DNA of 64,000 nt. It comes from Candidatus Bathyarchaeota archaeon. GTDB taxonomy: Archaea > Thermoproteota > Bathyarchaeia > Bathyarchaeales > Bathycorpusculaceae. The notes beneath the pieces are model-generated. The model saw only the letters and a program-made list of their open reading frames with translations. It had not been told where the DNA came from and searched no databases. Location of the stretch: the NCBI GenBank assembly GCA_963815095.1, contig CAWFFH010000006.1, positions 96,001 through 160,000 of the forward strand, written 5' to 3'. Shown one piece after another: positions 8,842-18,288 of the stretch (positions within the stretch are counted from its first letter, which is position 1; each line of letters starts with the position of its first letter). A program made the position numbers and the translations under genes.

Positions 8842-9411
8842 CTAAAGTGAATCCAAAGCTTTTTGAGTTAGCTGCTTAGTCAGGTTTTCTCTATTAGAGA
8901 AAGTCACATTAAAAATCTCCGCGTCAACTCTTCGCTTCACATTAGTTACAAATGATCCGTTGGCTTTTCCATGCACAACCATCAACACCAACTTTTTGCT
9001 CTCTAACACTTGTGTCACGGCCTGTTTGAATTTCTCTGAGTAAAGCTCCATGGGGCCAACCTCGTCAATGACTATAATGCTACATTTTTCGATGGCTTGC
9101 GTGATAGCTGCCGTGCCAATGTTGTCGAGATCAACGAGGTTAACGTGGTATTTGCCCACCTGTGGACCACCCTGCCCGTTTACTTGAGCCAGCCACCCAC
9201 GTTTGCCACGGGTTAAATCCAAGATTTCAAAACCAACACGCACACCGTTTTCCCTTACTTCACGGCTAACCATTCCGCCTACACTGAGACCTTTGGCTTT
9301 TAAGGCATCAACAATCTTAGTGAGCACAGTGGTTTTTCCAACTCCCGGAGCACCAGTCAAAATAAAAACTCTCGTCATCGTCATCTTCATCTTTTGCACC
9401 AACCCTACCAT
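8842..9411 (-). CDS. THEP1/NTPase_1-family nucleoside triphosphatase
   Basis: LTGAPGVGKTT Walker A, RVGFEI, VGKYHV, IDEVGPMEL. Confidence 0.92.
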   Translation of the reverse strand: MVGLVQKMKMTMTRVFILTGAPGVGKTTVLTKIVDALKAKGLSVGGMVSREVRENGVRVGFEILDLTRGKRGWLAQVNGQGGPQVGKYHVNLVDLDNIGTAAITQAIEKCSIIVIDEVGPMELYSEKFKQAVTQVLESKKLVLMVVHGKANGSFVTNVKRRVDAEIFNVTFSNRENLTKQLTQKALDSL

Positions 9412-9466
9412 AAGTCTAATATGCTGATTAAATTCTTTTCATACCAACACCTCTGGAGCAGACCCG

Positions 9467-10687
9467 ATGGCAAATAAAGATGGCTACGTCCCAGATTTTC
9501 CCAGCGAAATCATTAGGGAAGGAAAAGTCCAAGTCTTAGTGCCTAAACTCGAAGCCTACGGAGTTGTGGCATCAGATTATGCACCAGCCAAAGCTCCAGT
9601 CTTCTACAATCCCGTTATGGAGTTTAACCGTGACGTAACCGTTTTAGCCTTCAAAGCTTACCAGCACATCGTTAACCATGAAATCAGCATATGTGAACCG
9701 TTCACCAGTCAAGGCATCAGAGGAATTCGTTTCGCCGTTGAAGTCGATGGCGTGACAAGGGTGCTGCTTAGTGACATTAACACTTCAGCTATCGATTTAG
9801 CAAAATACAACATTGAACTTAACAAGCAGGAAAACAAAATCACGCTCAAGTACAAGGATGCCAACTGTGTTCTAAGTTGCAACGCCTCACCAAAAAAACG
9901 CTTCGACATTGTAGATATTGACCCATTTGGTACTCCCGTTCCCTACCTGGATTCAGCATTTCGTGCCCTAAAGAACAAAGGATTACTGGCGGCAACTGCC
10001 ACGGATTTGGCGCCATTATGCGGAGTTCATGCTAAGGCTTGCGTTCGAAAGTACGGCGGCAAACCCTTGCGAACAGAATATTGTCATGAATTGGCCGTAC
10101 GACTTTTGGCAGGTTGCATGGCGTCATTAGCGGCGAAACACGACATTGGAATCCGAATCCTCTTCAGCCACAGTAGTGACCACTACATCCGAGTCTACGC
10201 TCAAATCGCATACGGCTGCCAAAAATCAGATGAAAGCCTCAAACAAACAGGCTACATCCTCCACTGCTTCAACTGTATGCATCGAGAAGTTGCAAACAAA
10301 ATTTTTGGGAAGAGCGATTTATGTCCAGAATGCGGCGGCAAGATGGATTATGCAGGACCCCTTTGGATAGGCTCCATTTCCGACCCTGCTTTCATTGACC
10401 AAATCACTAAGGAAAACCAGATCACCGCTTTTAGAAACAGCGCCAAAATCACCAAACTTCTAAACCTAACAAAAAACGAAGCACCGCTCCCAGCGACTTA
10501 CTATGTAATTGACAAGTTAAGCGGCAAACTCAACTCGGTCGCACCTTCAAACCAAGCTTTTTTGGATGCACTTAACAAGTACGGGTTCCAGGCGGTGCCA
10601 ACCCATTTCAACCCCAGAGGCATAAAAACCGATGCCCTATCCTTAACCATGCATAAGCTGCTCAGAGAAATCGTTGCAGGTAAATAG
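9467..10687 (+). CDS. trm1: tRNA (guanine-26-N2) dimethyltransferase
   Basis: VFYNPVMEFNRD, DIDPFGTP, TATDLAPLCG, zinc-finger CxxC pairs, GPLWIG. Confidence 0.95.
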   Translation: MANKDGYVPDFPSEIIREGKVQVLVPKLEAYGVVASDYAPAKAPVFYNPVMEFNRDVTVLAFKAYQHIVNHEISICEPFTSQGIRGIRFAVEVDGVTRVLLSDINTSAIDLAKYNIELNKQENKITLKYKDANCVLSCNASPKKRFDIVDIDPFGTPVPYLDSAFRALKNKGLLAATATDLAPLCGVHAKACVRKYGGKPLRTEYCHELAVRLLAGCMASLAAKHDIGIRILFSHSSDHYIRVYAQIAYGCQKSDESLKQTGYILHCFNCMHREVANKIFGKSDLCPECGGKMDYAGPLWIGSISDPAFIDQITKENQITAFRNSAKITKLLNLTKNEAPLPATYYVIDKLSGKLNSVAPSNQAFLDALNKYGFQAVPTHFNPRGIKTDALSLTMHKLLREIVAGK

Positions 10688-10753
10688 TTATGTTTTTTGG
10701 CAACAAAAGTTTAAAGAGCAAAACCAGCGTTTCTAACAGGTAAGTGAGCACTC

Positions 10754-11560
10754 ATGAATGACAAAATCACAGTAATCGGGGCAGGTATGATGGGAAGCGC
10801 CATTATCAAAAGCTTCATTAAAGGCAAATATGCAGGCAAAATAACCGCTGTTGACATTGCACCCGAGAAACTGGGCGATTTGGAAAAATTAGGCGTCAAT
10901 GTTTCCTCGGATAACCGTAAATCCGCCGCAGACGCCGACATAGTTTTCATAATCGTGAAACCCGGCGACGTGGAGAAGGTTCTAAAAGAAATCAACAAAG
11001 AAATCAAAGGCAAGCTTCTGGTTTCAGTGGCTGCTACGGTGCCTCTAGCTTTTCTGAGAAAGAACGCCCCTGAAGCAAAAATTGTGCGAATCATGCCTAA
11101 TTTGGGTGCTATGGTGCAAGCTGCATATACCGCCTACTGCTGCGAACCAAACGTAACCGCCGAAGACAAAGAAAAAGTCAAAGCCCTCTTGAACATGATG
11201 GGTGTCTGTGACGAGATGGATGAGAAATACATGGATGCAATTACGGCGGTCAGCGGTAGCGGACCAGGTTATATGTCCATAATCATTGAAGCCTTAACTT
11301 ACGCCGGATTGAAAGTTGGGTTGCCCAGAAATATCGCTCTCAAATGTGCCGCCCAAACCGTAATGGGAACAGGCAAACTAGTCATCGACTTAAACGAGGA
11401 CCCCACAAAAATCAAAGACATGACCACCACTCCCGGCGGAACAACCATCGAAGCAATCTATCAAATCGAACAAAGCCAAATCCGACCCGCCATGATACGC
11501 GCTATCGAAGAAGCCACCAAAAAAAGCCAAGCAATCCGCGAAAAACTCAAACTTGAATAG
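10754..11560 (+). CDS. proC: Pyrroline-5-carboxylate reductase
   Basis: IGAGMMG, VRIMPN, AVSGSGP, TPGGTT. Confidence 0.96.
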   Translation: MNDKITVIGAGMMGSAIIKSFIKGKYAGKITAVDIAPEKLGDLEKLGVNVSSDNRKSAADADIVFIIVKPGDVEKVLKEINKEIKGKLLVSVAATVPLAFLRKNAPEAKIVRIMPNLGAMVQAAYTAYCCEPNVTAEDKEKVKALLNMMGVCDEMDEKYMDAITAVSGSGPGYMSIIIEALTYAGLKVGLPRNIALKCAAQTVMGTGKLVIDLNEDPTKIKDMTTTPGGTTIEAIYQIEQSQIRPAMIRAIEEATKKSQAIREKLKLE

Positions 11561-12239
11561 ATTCGTTATGTACGAAGCAGTTATATGCGACTGGGATGGA
11601 ACCCTCGCGGACACAAGAAAAGAAATCGTGATTTCGTTTCAAAAGGCGCTTAAAGAAATCAGCCTTGATGTTCCCGCTAAGTTTGTTGAAAGAAGAATGG
11701 GGATTGGTGCAGCCGAAACCTTCCGAGAAATTCTCGCTGCTGCAAACCGACGCGTTGACGAGAAAGTGGTAAAGCAGCTGGTTGAGCGGAAGAGTAAAGT
11801 ACAAACCGAATTAGCCAGTGAAGTGGAGTTGTTTGAGGGGACACGGGAACTTTTGGAGGAGCTGCAGGGCAAGGTGAAGTTGGGTTTGGCATCTATGAAT
11901 AATCGCTCAGTCATCATGCATCTGCTTCAAATTAATGGGTTAGCAAACTGTTTTGATACCGTTTTAACTGCAGAGGCGGTTTCCCACTCAAAACCTGACC
12001 CTGAAATTTTCTTGAAAACCGCAGCTCAACTAAACACTCTCCCTGCAAAATGCGTGGTTTTGGAGGATTCGCTTTTTGGAGTCCAAGCTGCCAAAGCCGC
12101 TAAGATGGGGTGCATAGCAGTCACAACAGGCGTCTACTCCAAGAAAGAACTCGAGAAAGAAAACCCTGATTTAATTGTCAAAGTATTAAAAGACTCCAAA
12201 ATTCTCCGTTTTATTCTAAATAATATTACCTTGTTGTAG
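11553..12239 (+). CDS. HAD-superfamily phosphatase (beta-PGM/CbbY-like)
   Basis: DWDGTLADT, KPDPEIF, EDSLFGVQAA. Confidence 0.9.
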   Translation: MNRFVMYEAVICDWDGTLADTRKEIVISFQKALKEISLDVPAKFVERRMGIGAAETFREILAAANRRVDEKVVKQLVERKSKVQTELASEVELFEGTRELLEELQGKVKLGLASMNNRSVIMHLLQINGLANCFDTVLTAEAVSHSKPDPEIFLKTAAQLNTLPAKCVVLEDSLFGVQAAKAAKMGCIAVTTGVYSKKELEKENPDLIVKVLKDSKILRFILNNITLL

Positions 12240-12255
12240 CGCGCTAGCAACAACA
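12232..12255 (+). promoter_or_regulatory. TGTTG-N14-CAACA motif, 4 nt upstream of TATA box TTTAAAC
   Basis: TGTTGTAGCGCGCTAGCAACAACA; same spacing and TATA offset as the 3113 copy. Confidence 0.5.
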
Positions 12256-12316
12256 TAACTTTAAACATTTTTCAAAAGAAATATAGCTTTACTCTCAAAC
12301 TGAAGGAAGAATATTT

Positions 12317-12586
12317 TTGACCGCTCAGCTAAAAAAACGGACAAAACCATCGATTTTTCAAATCCTACTCCTCGACAACGACGCCAGCGATGACGTTGAA
12401 GTTCAAGAAGCAAACCAAATTGACTTCAGCCAAGTTAAAGAACACCTCAAAAACGGAGGCTCAGTATTCATAACCAGCAAAGGGAAACAGAAATTATCTT
12501 TCCCAAAAGCCAAAGCCCAACAAAACTACAGCAAATCCAGACGAACCTGCGGATTCCTCTTCCGACAACACCTGAGAAACCCATAA
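12317..12586 (+). CDS. Hypothetical protein
   Basis: 89-aa ORF with an upstream TATA box and purine-rich leader; no family recognised. Confidence 0.6.
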   Translation: MTAQLKKRTKPSIFQILLLDNDASDDVEVQEANQIDFSQVKEHLKNGGSVFITSKGKQKLSFPKAKAQQNYSKSRRTCGFLFRQHLRNP

Positions 12587-12687
12587 CCGCGTGACACGCT
12601 CCACATTACCATGACCCTTTATCCACATGGTTTTTGGGTATGTGCCACTCGCGTTGGCTAAAAATTTTGTTTTACAATAAGTGAAGA

Positions 12688-13752
12688 CTATTTTTTCCTT
12701 GTCGCTTTAGGTACATACGCACATCTTGGGTCTGACCCATAAATGTCTCCCGAGTAGAAAAGCGCTGATGAGCGGCATCCGCCGCAGATGTCTTTGTATT
12801 CGCAGACACCGCATTTGCCTTTGATGTTGGTTTTATCTTTGACTTTTTTGAAGAACTCACTGTTCTGCATGTCCGTCCAAATCTCTTTGATTGTCTTGTT
12901 TTTGACGTTTCCAACTCGGTAAGTGTCGTTGTAGCTGCAGGGGATAGCGTCGCCATTTTCCGCTATACTCATAAATTTGCCAAAGAAACATCTACCCAAA
13001 AAGAAGTTGTTGTACCAGTTGTCGAAATCGGGCATGCCGCGTTGTTTGACAACTCGGGCGTAGAAAGGTATGTAGACATTAATGGCTGGTTTCCCGTTGT
13101 ATTCGGGGGTGAGGTCGTAGAGTTTGTTGCATACCCACTCGTACTGAGCGGGGGTTAAGTCAGCTTTGAGACATTCGGGATCGTTGCTGTAGGGAATCAT
13201 GCCGTGGAAAACCACCCATCGGGCATCGTACTTCTTAGCTAAATCCAGTACATGCCGCATATCCGCTTCGTTTGCGTTCGTGGTTTCGCCAGCGTTTGCA
13301 AATGTGTAGACAAGACAGTTTAGGAGTTTTTCTTTGGAGAACCGTTCAATGGCAGAGACCGCAGCTTTGTAGGCGCCCTTGCCACGTATAGCGTCGTTTG
13401 TTATTTCTGCGCCATCGATGCTAATTGAAATTTTAGTTTGATTTTTTACGATATTTTTGAAGGCTTTCTCGTCAAGGAGTCGACCGTCAGTTATTATACT
13501 CGTGTTCAAACCCTTTTCTGTGGCATAATCAAGCACTTCAAAGAGGTCTTTTCTAAGAAGGGGTTGTCCACCTGTAATTCCAAAAAAGGTTGCTCCGAAA
13601 TCGCCGGCTTGGTCCACAATTTTTTTTGCCTCAGTGGTGTTTATTTCGTCTGGAGCAGCTTTTTGCCCCGCAGAAATGCAATGTACACATTGACTGTTGC
13701 ATGCGTAGGTGCATCGCCAAGGAACTATGAATACTGGACCTTTTCCTTTCAA
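12688..13752 (-). CDS. Radical SAM protein with SPASM domain (NirJ/Ahb/PqqE-like)
   Basis: CNSQCVHC, ITGGQPLLRKD, ISIDG, C-terminal CGVCEYKDICGGCR...DPRC. Confidence 0.9.
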   Translation of the reverse strand: MKGKGPVFIVPWRCTYACNSQCVHCISAGQKAAPDEINTTEAKKIVDQAGDFGATFFGITGGQPLLRKDLFEVLDYATEKGLNTSIITDGRLLDEKAFKNIVKNQTKISISIDGAEITNDAIRGKGAYKAAVSAIERFSKEKLLNCLVYTFANAGETTNANEADMRHVLDLAKKYDARWVVFHGMIPYSNDPECLKADLTPAQYEWVCNKLYDLTPEYNGKPAINVYIPFYARVVKQRGMPDFDNWYNNFFLGRCFFGKFMSIAENGDAIPCSYNDTYRVGNVKNKTIKEIWTDMQNSEFFKKVKDKTNIKGKCGVCEYKDICGGCRSSALFYSGDIYGSDPRCAYVPKATRKK

Positions 13753-13888
13753 GCCTAAAGCCTCTTTGTTTAGTTGAAACGGGTTTTTTGGTATTTAACG
13801 CTTCACATTCTACGTGAAGGTTCCACGAGTCGGCTTTAAGTAACAGAATTCTTAAATTGACAGCGTCATAATTCTTATCAGTGATTTT

Positions 13889-14308
13889 ATGGCTAAGCTT
13901 AAAGGAAACGCGAAACTTTTGGAAAATGTCCGTTTAGTAACCGATAATGGAAGAGGACACAGTGTTGTCTGCGATTTATCTGAAGATTCAGGAGGAACAA
14001 ACGCTGGACCCACGCCGCTGGAGTTGGCTCTGATGGCATTAGCAGGCTGCGGAGTTATAATCTACGCTGATGTCTGCAAAAACAGCAAAATTGACCCAGG
14101 CAATATCAACATTGCAGTCGAAGCCGAAAAAACCCCCAATTCACCCACGTTAAGTAGTGTCACCATGAAAGTCAATATTGCCTCGAAAGCACGAAAAGCT
14201 TTAGTTGAAGCCGCTTGGCGACGAACTGAAGCAGGCTGCCCAGTACTATTTGTTTACAAGCAATCAGTGCCTGTTAGGGTTGAAGTTGACGTAAGAGCGG
14301 TAGAATAA
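13889..14308 (+). CDS. OsmC-family protein
   Basis: GGTNAGPTPLELALMALAGC ... CPV. Confidence 0.9.
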   Translation: MAKLKGNAKLLENVRLVTDNGRGHSVVCDLSEDSGGTNAGPTPLELALMALAGCGVIIYADVCKNSKIDPGNINIAVEAEKTPNSPTLSSVTMKVNIASKARKALVEAAWRRTEAGCPVLFVYKQSVPVRVEVDVRAVE

Positions 14309-14397
14309 TCGCTTTTTCTTTCTTTCTTCGATATATCAGAAACCTTATTGTATACTTTTAAGCGGCTTTTATTTTAGAGTTAAGTGAGGAGAGGCAA

Positions 14398-14565
14398 ATG
14401 GAAGATGATATTCTGTTTATCCAGCGCCAGCTGATTTGTGCTCATGAAAAACAGGTGCAATACCGGCAGAGGCAGTTTGACATACTAAATGGATTAGAAT
14501 ATCATTTTACGCGTTGTCTTAATTGCCACAAAATAGTGGAGTTAGAAGCAAAAAAAAATTTTTGA
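14398..14565 (+). CDS. 55-aa putative zinc-binding microprotein (CxH...CxxC)
   Basis: Hand translation MEDDILFIQRQLICAHEKQVQYRQRQFDILNGLEYHFTRCLNCHKIVELEAKKNF, with a GAGGAG RBS upstream; below the ORF-track cutoff. Confidence 0.6.
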   Translation: MEDDILFIQRQLICAHEKQVQYRQRQFDILNGLEYHFTRCLNCHKIVELEAKKNF

Positions 14566-14573
14566 ATAGTTAT

Positions 14574-14984
14574 CTATTTGTTTTTTGATGTGAGGTAAAG
14601 TTCACCCTGTTTAAGCAAGTCTAAGGCTCTCTGGGTCTGCATAGTTGTTAATTTGCAGGTTTTGGGGTCTTTTAGGAACTGTAAGGTTTCTGGTGCGTTT
14701 TTGATTATATGCAGGTCTTCCCATGCAACTTTGAGGTCTTCGGATGGTATGTGGGTGTCAACATCCATAGCCCAGGCGCCAGCATCCAACTCATCTTCTT
14801 CCCTCATAGCGGTGAAAGGACCTAGCAAACTCTTGTCTTCAACGTTAAACAGGAAAATAATGGAGCCTGCTTTAATATCTTCATCTTTAGGCTTAGTTTT
14901 TTCATCCGCACATGTGTAAAGTTTACTGCTTAAACATTGCTGTAGGGATGTTTTGTTACAAAAAAATATGTATCCGTCGTACAT
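14574..14984 (-). CDS. DCD (development and cell death)-like domain protein, EVE/YTH/PUA-like
   Basis: GYIFFCNxxSLQQCL...IKAGSIIFLFNVEDKSLLGPFTA resembles the DCD pattern GYIFxCN...I.PG..LFLYN...L.G.FEA. Confidence 0.6.
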   Translation of the reverse strand: MYDGYIFFCNKTSLQQCLSSKLYTCADEKTKPKDEDIKAGSIIFLFNVEDKSLLGPFTAMREEDELDAGAWAMDVDTHIPSEDLKVAWEDLHIIKNAPETLQFLKDPKTCKLTTMQTQRALDLLKQGELYLTSKNK

Positions 14985-15117
14985 AACTAAATAGAACCTT
15001 CTTCGCTACTGGGAAGCGTGTCGGCGTTTATTTCCTTTTTGCTTTTAGACAAAGGACTAAAGAGGTTGAAACTAGAAAATTTTATTAAACCTGCTTTTAT
15101 GTTGCTAATTCCTATAG

Positions 15118-16542
15118 GTGGAATGTGCTTTCAAAACTGTTTCAGTTGCTAAATTCGGCGGCAGCCTTCTTGATGTGGAAGGAAAAGGAATCCCTAAGAT
15201 AATCAAGCGAATAGCGGAAATCAGAGAAAAAGACGGCTGTGGACCCTTAACAGTATTTTCTGCACCTATGGGCTGCACAGATTCACTTATTCGCATAGGC
15301 GAATCATACGCGCAAGCATGCCAGTTACCTTTGGACCCGGTTTTTGAAATATACGAGCATTTAGCGAAAATCTACGTCAAAGACAAATATCTAAAAAAAG
15401 CCTTAGAAGAATTATCTAATTACAAAACATTAACCCAAACTACTCTCGAATCTGTGAACAAACGTTTTAGCGGAAACATCAAAGCGAGAACCCTTACATT
15501 AGGTGGGGAACTCACCATGTCCACTTTGATGAATTACATTCTAAAAAGCCACGACTTAGACTCAATGTCATTGTCTATGGACGACTGGCCAATCGTAACC
15601 GACGACAACTTTGAAGATGCACTGCCAAACTTTGAGTTAAGCAAAAAACGACTACACTCCCTTATCGAACCTCTTGAAGAAGGTAAAGTTGTATCGATGG
15701 GAGGTTTCTTAGGAGTCACAGCAGACGGACTCGAAACAATTCTTGGCAGAGGCGGCTCAGACCTAACTGCAGTTTTTGCTTCCTGTCTCCTAAAAGATGC
15801 CTACTCAACCAAAACCCTACTCTACAAAGATATACCAGTACAAAGTGCCGACCCCAAAGTCGTAAAAGGACAAAAAACCGAACACGTAAACGCCTTAACC
15901 TACAACGAAGCTCATAAAGCATCAATGATGGGTATGAAAATTGTGCAGAGTCCCGCAATCGCTATGGCTAGACGTTTTGGTCAACCGTTAATGGTTGTCC
16001 CAATCGATAAGCCAGAGTTGTTCTCAATGATTGAAGCTGTAACTACAGGTGGCGAAGTCGTGAAGTGTTTAACGGGCAAATTTGGCTGTGCAATCCTTTC
16101 GATGAGTGACGAGAAAAGCCGCTCATTGGAAGATTCCCTGCGTATATGGGAACGTAGAAACGACTTTTTAGATTTGGGCGCAGAAACGATGGAAACGGGC
16201 GAGCGTATCAGGGATTTCCTCTTCTTAGACTCAGACTTCCTCAAGAAAAATGAGGAAAAACTCAAAGGCTTTGACGAGAACATGAAAATCGATTATGGCT
16301 TAGGCGTAGTCACTCTAATCGGCGATCGAATGAAAGATTCTCCGGGAGTAGCATCTAGAGCAATCAGCGCGATATCAGGAATCAACATCAAACGTGGCAT
16401 CTTCGCACCCCACACGTCACAGATCATTCTTGTAGTTGAGGAAAAAAACATCAACGCTACTGTCGCAGCGATACATCTCAAGAAACAGGAACTTAACAAA
16501 ACGCCGCCAGATTGGCCCATGGGATTTCAGCCCTTAGCCTAA
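15118..16542 (+). CDS. lysC: Aspartate kinase
   Basis: VAKFGGS, LGRGGSDLTA, SADPKVV, C-terminal ACT domain (TLIGDRMKDSPGVA). Confidence 0.88.
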   Translation: MECAFKTVSVAKFGGSLLDVEGKGIPKIIKRIAEIREKDGCGPLTVFSAPMGCTDSLIRIGESYAQACQLPLDPVFEIYEHLAKIYVKDKYLKKALEELSNYKTLTQTTLESVNKRFSGNIKARTLTLGGELTMSTLMNYILKSHDLDSMSLSMDDWPIVTDDNFEDALPNFELSKKRLHSLIEPLEEGKVVSMGGFLGVTADGLETILGRGGSDLTAVFASCLLKDAYSTKTLLYKDIPVQSADPKVVKGQKTEHVNALTYNEAHKASMMGMKIVQSPAIAMARRFGQPLMVVPIDKPELFSMIEAVTTGGEVVKCLTGKFGCAILSMSDEKSRSLEDSLRIWERRNDFLDLGAETMETGERIRDFLFLDSDFLKKNEEKLKGFDENMKIDYGLGVVTLIGDRMKDSPGVASRAISAISGINIKRGIFAPHTSQIILVVEEKNINATVAAIHLKKQELNKTPPDWPMGFQPLA

Positions 16543-16738
16543 TGGCGAAATAGAATTCCACGAAATATTCTACAGACATCAAACCTCAAGCTAAATCTTG
16601 TAGAATAGTTATTCAAACCAATCAATAAACATGCATTATTGTTTTTGTGACGCCAAAAATATTTGCAAATGCTTTAATAATGCCAATTAAGAGAAGACTA
16701 TGACGTTCGGTTTCTTTTAGAACTATTAGCAAATTTGA

Positions 16739-17839
16739 GTGAAATACTTGTCTGGCATAAGTAAGTACTTGTCCATTAGGCGCTCCGTTCTCTTTATGAT
16801 AGCTGGCTTGGTAGCTTTCATCGTTTACCTGTACTTCTATATCGGAATTCCCGAAATACTGGAGGTAATAGAAAACTTAAACTCAAATCAATACGCATTT
16901 TACTACACTCTTGCACTCTTAGCAGTGCTTGCCTCAGTGCTTTGCTGGTCACTTGCCTGGAACAGCATACTAAAAGCACTCTCTATCAAAATCACTCTGA
17001 GAAGAACCTACCTTTATTATTGGGTAGGATACTTTAGCGACTTAGTTCTTCCCTGTGCAACAGTTTGCGGGGAACTAACAAGGCTCTATCTTGTGCAGAA
17101 AGAAACAGGAAAAAGCTACGGGGTTCTTGCAGCTTCAGCTGTAACTAATCGACTTGTTGCCTATATTATAGTTGCCTTCGGGCTATACAGTGGAGCAATC
17201 CTGATTTTTCTTAAGCCCGGTTTAACGCCTGTTATCCAGAATGTTTTTATTTTATTCCTAGTCGGAGTAACTGCTTACTTGGCAGTTCTTTTATACTTGG
17301 CGTTTGTTAAGCATGCGGCAATAAACATCAGCAGGGCTTACGGAAAAATCCTCAAGGTACTTCGCCCCAAACATTTTAGCGCATGGAAAGAAACTCAAAG
17401 AGAAAAATCGCTTGAAAACTACTACAACGGATTCAAAATCTTTCGTGAAAAACCAAAACTGCTTGTAAAACCCCTTATAATTCATTTGATTTCGTATCTT
17501 CTGGGACTATCAGTTTACATAGCTATCTTTTACGCGCTTGGCATCCCTCAGAGCCCTGAGTTCTATATCGTAATCTACTTTATCGCAACAGCGGTGCAGG
17601 ACGCCGCCGCAAGCTTCTCCGTGGGCTCATTGGACATAATTTTAGCAAGCATTCTACTACTCTACGGCATAGACCCTGGATTAAGCGCAATAACTGCTCT
17701 GTTGCTGCGAAGTGTGGGCTTTTGGTTCCCGCTCTTTGTGGGTTTTGTAGCTGTTCAGATTTTGGGGGCTCGAAGCTTGATTTCTTATAATCCTCAGTTG
17801 AAGAGAACTGCCGAAAAAAAAAGGAAGGTTCTCAAATAG
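16739..17839 (+). CDS. UPF0104 / lysylphosphatidylglycerol-synthase TM (flippase-like) protein
   Basis: Multi-TM; LPCATVCGELTRLYL, LLRSVGFW. Confidence 0.82.
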   Translation: MKYLSGISKYLSIRRSVLFMIAGLVAFIVYLYFYIGIPEILEVIENLNSNQYAFYYTLALLAVLASVLCWSLAWNSILKALSIKITLRRTYLYYWVGYFSDLVLPCATVCGELTRLYLVQKETGKSYGVLAASAVTNRLVAYIIVAFGLYSGAILIFLKPGLTPVIQNVFILFLVGVTAYLAVLLYLAFVKHAAINISRAYGKILKVLRPKHFSAWKETQREKSLENYYNGFKIFREKPKLLVKPLIIHLISYLLGLSVYIAIFYALGIPQSPEFYIVIYFIATAVQDAAASFSVGSLDIILASILLLYGIDPGLSAITALLLRSVGFWFPLFVGFVAVQILGARSLISYNPQLKRTAEKKRKVLK

Positions 17840-17969
17840 ATCCTTTGGGTGATAATGGCGAATAGGTGTTGGGTGATCACTTTCATTGACCTCTCTCCCT
17901 CTCCGCAATGTCGCGTAGACACCCGCCTTTTAAGGATTATCTACAATATCGGTTGCTCCGTGAACAAAC

Positions 17970-18227
17970 ATGACTCAAACCGAAACAGAAACCGAAGAAA
18001 ACTTGATTGTTTCCCTAACACTCCACAACTTCTCTGCTGAAATGCTAAAAGAATTCGCCCAAAAAATTGTGTTGCCCTATTTTCACGGCAATATGAACAA
18101 AGCCATCCGAAGCCTAATGGAAAAAGCAATCACCGAAGAAACAATGGTTAACCAAGCCTTAATGACCGAGCATAATAACGCCAACCGAGATTTACATCAT
18201 AATACCAAGTTTCTAAAAAAAGCATAA
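17970..18227 (+). CDS. Small RHH/CopG-like protein
   Basis: Beta-strand (LIVSLTL) then two amphipathic helices; paralogue of 2602-2787. Confidence 0.7.
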   Translation: MTQTETETEENLIVSLTLHNFSAEMLKEFAQKIVLPYFHGNMNKAIRSLMEKAITEETMVNQALMTEHNNANRDLHHNTKFLKKA

Positions 18228-18288
18228 GAATTCTTTTTACTAATTTTTTTGGCTATGTTTGTAAGATTTGGGCAGTTGCATTACGTCT

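Noticed and set aside
16505-16607. GC hairpin over the lysC stop and a 9-bp inverted repeat TATTCTACA/TGTAGAATA
   Set aside because: A T-arm-like GGGCTGAAATCCC suggested a tRNA fragment or att site, but it does not match either tRNA well. Probably 3'-end structure.
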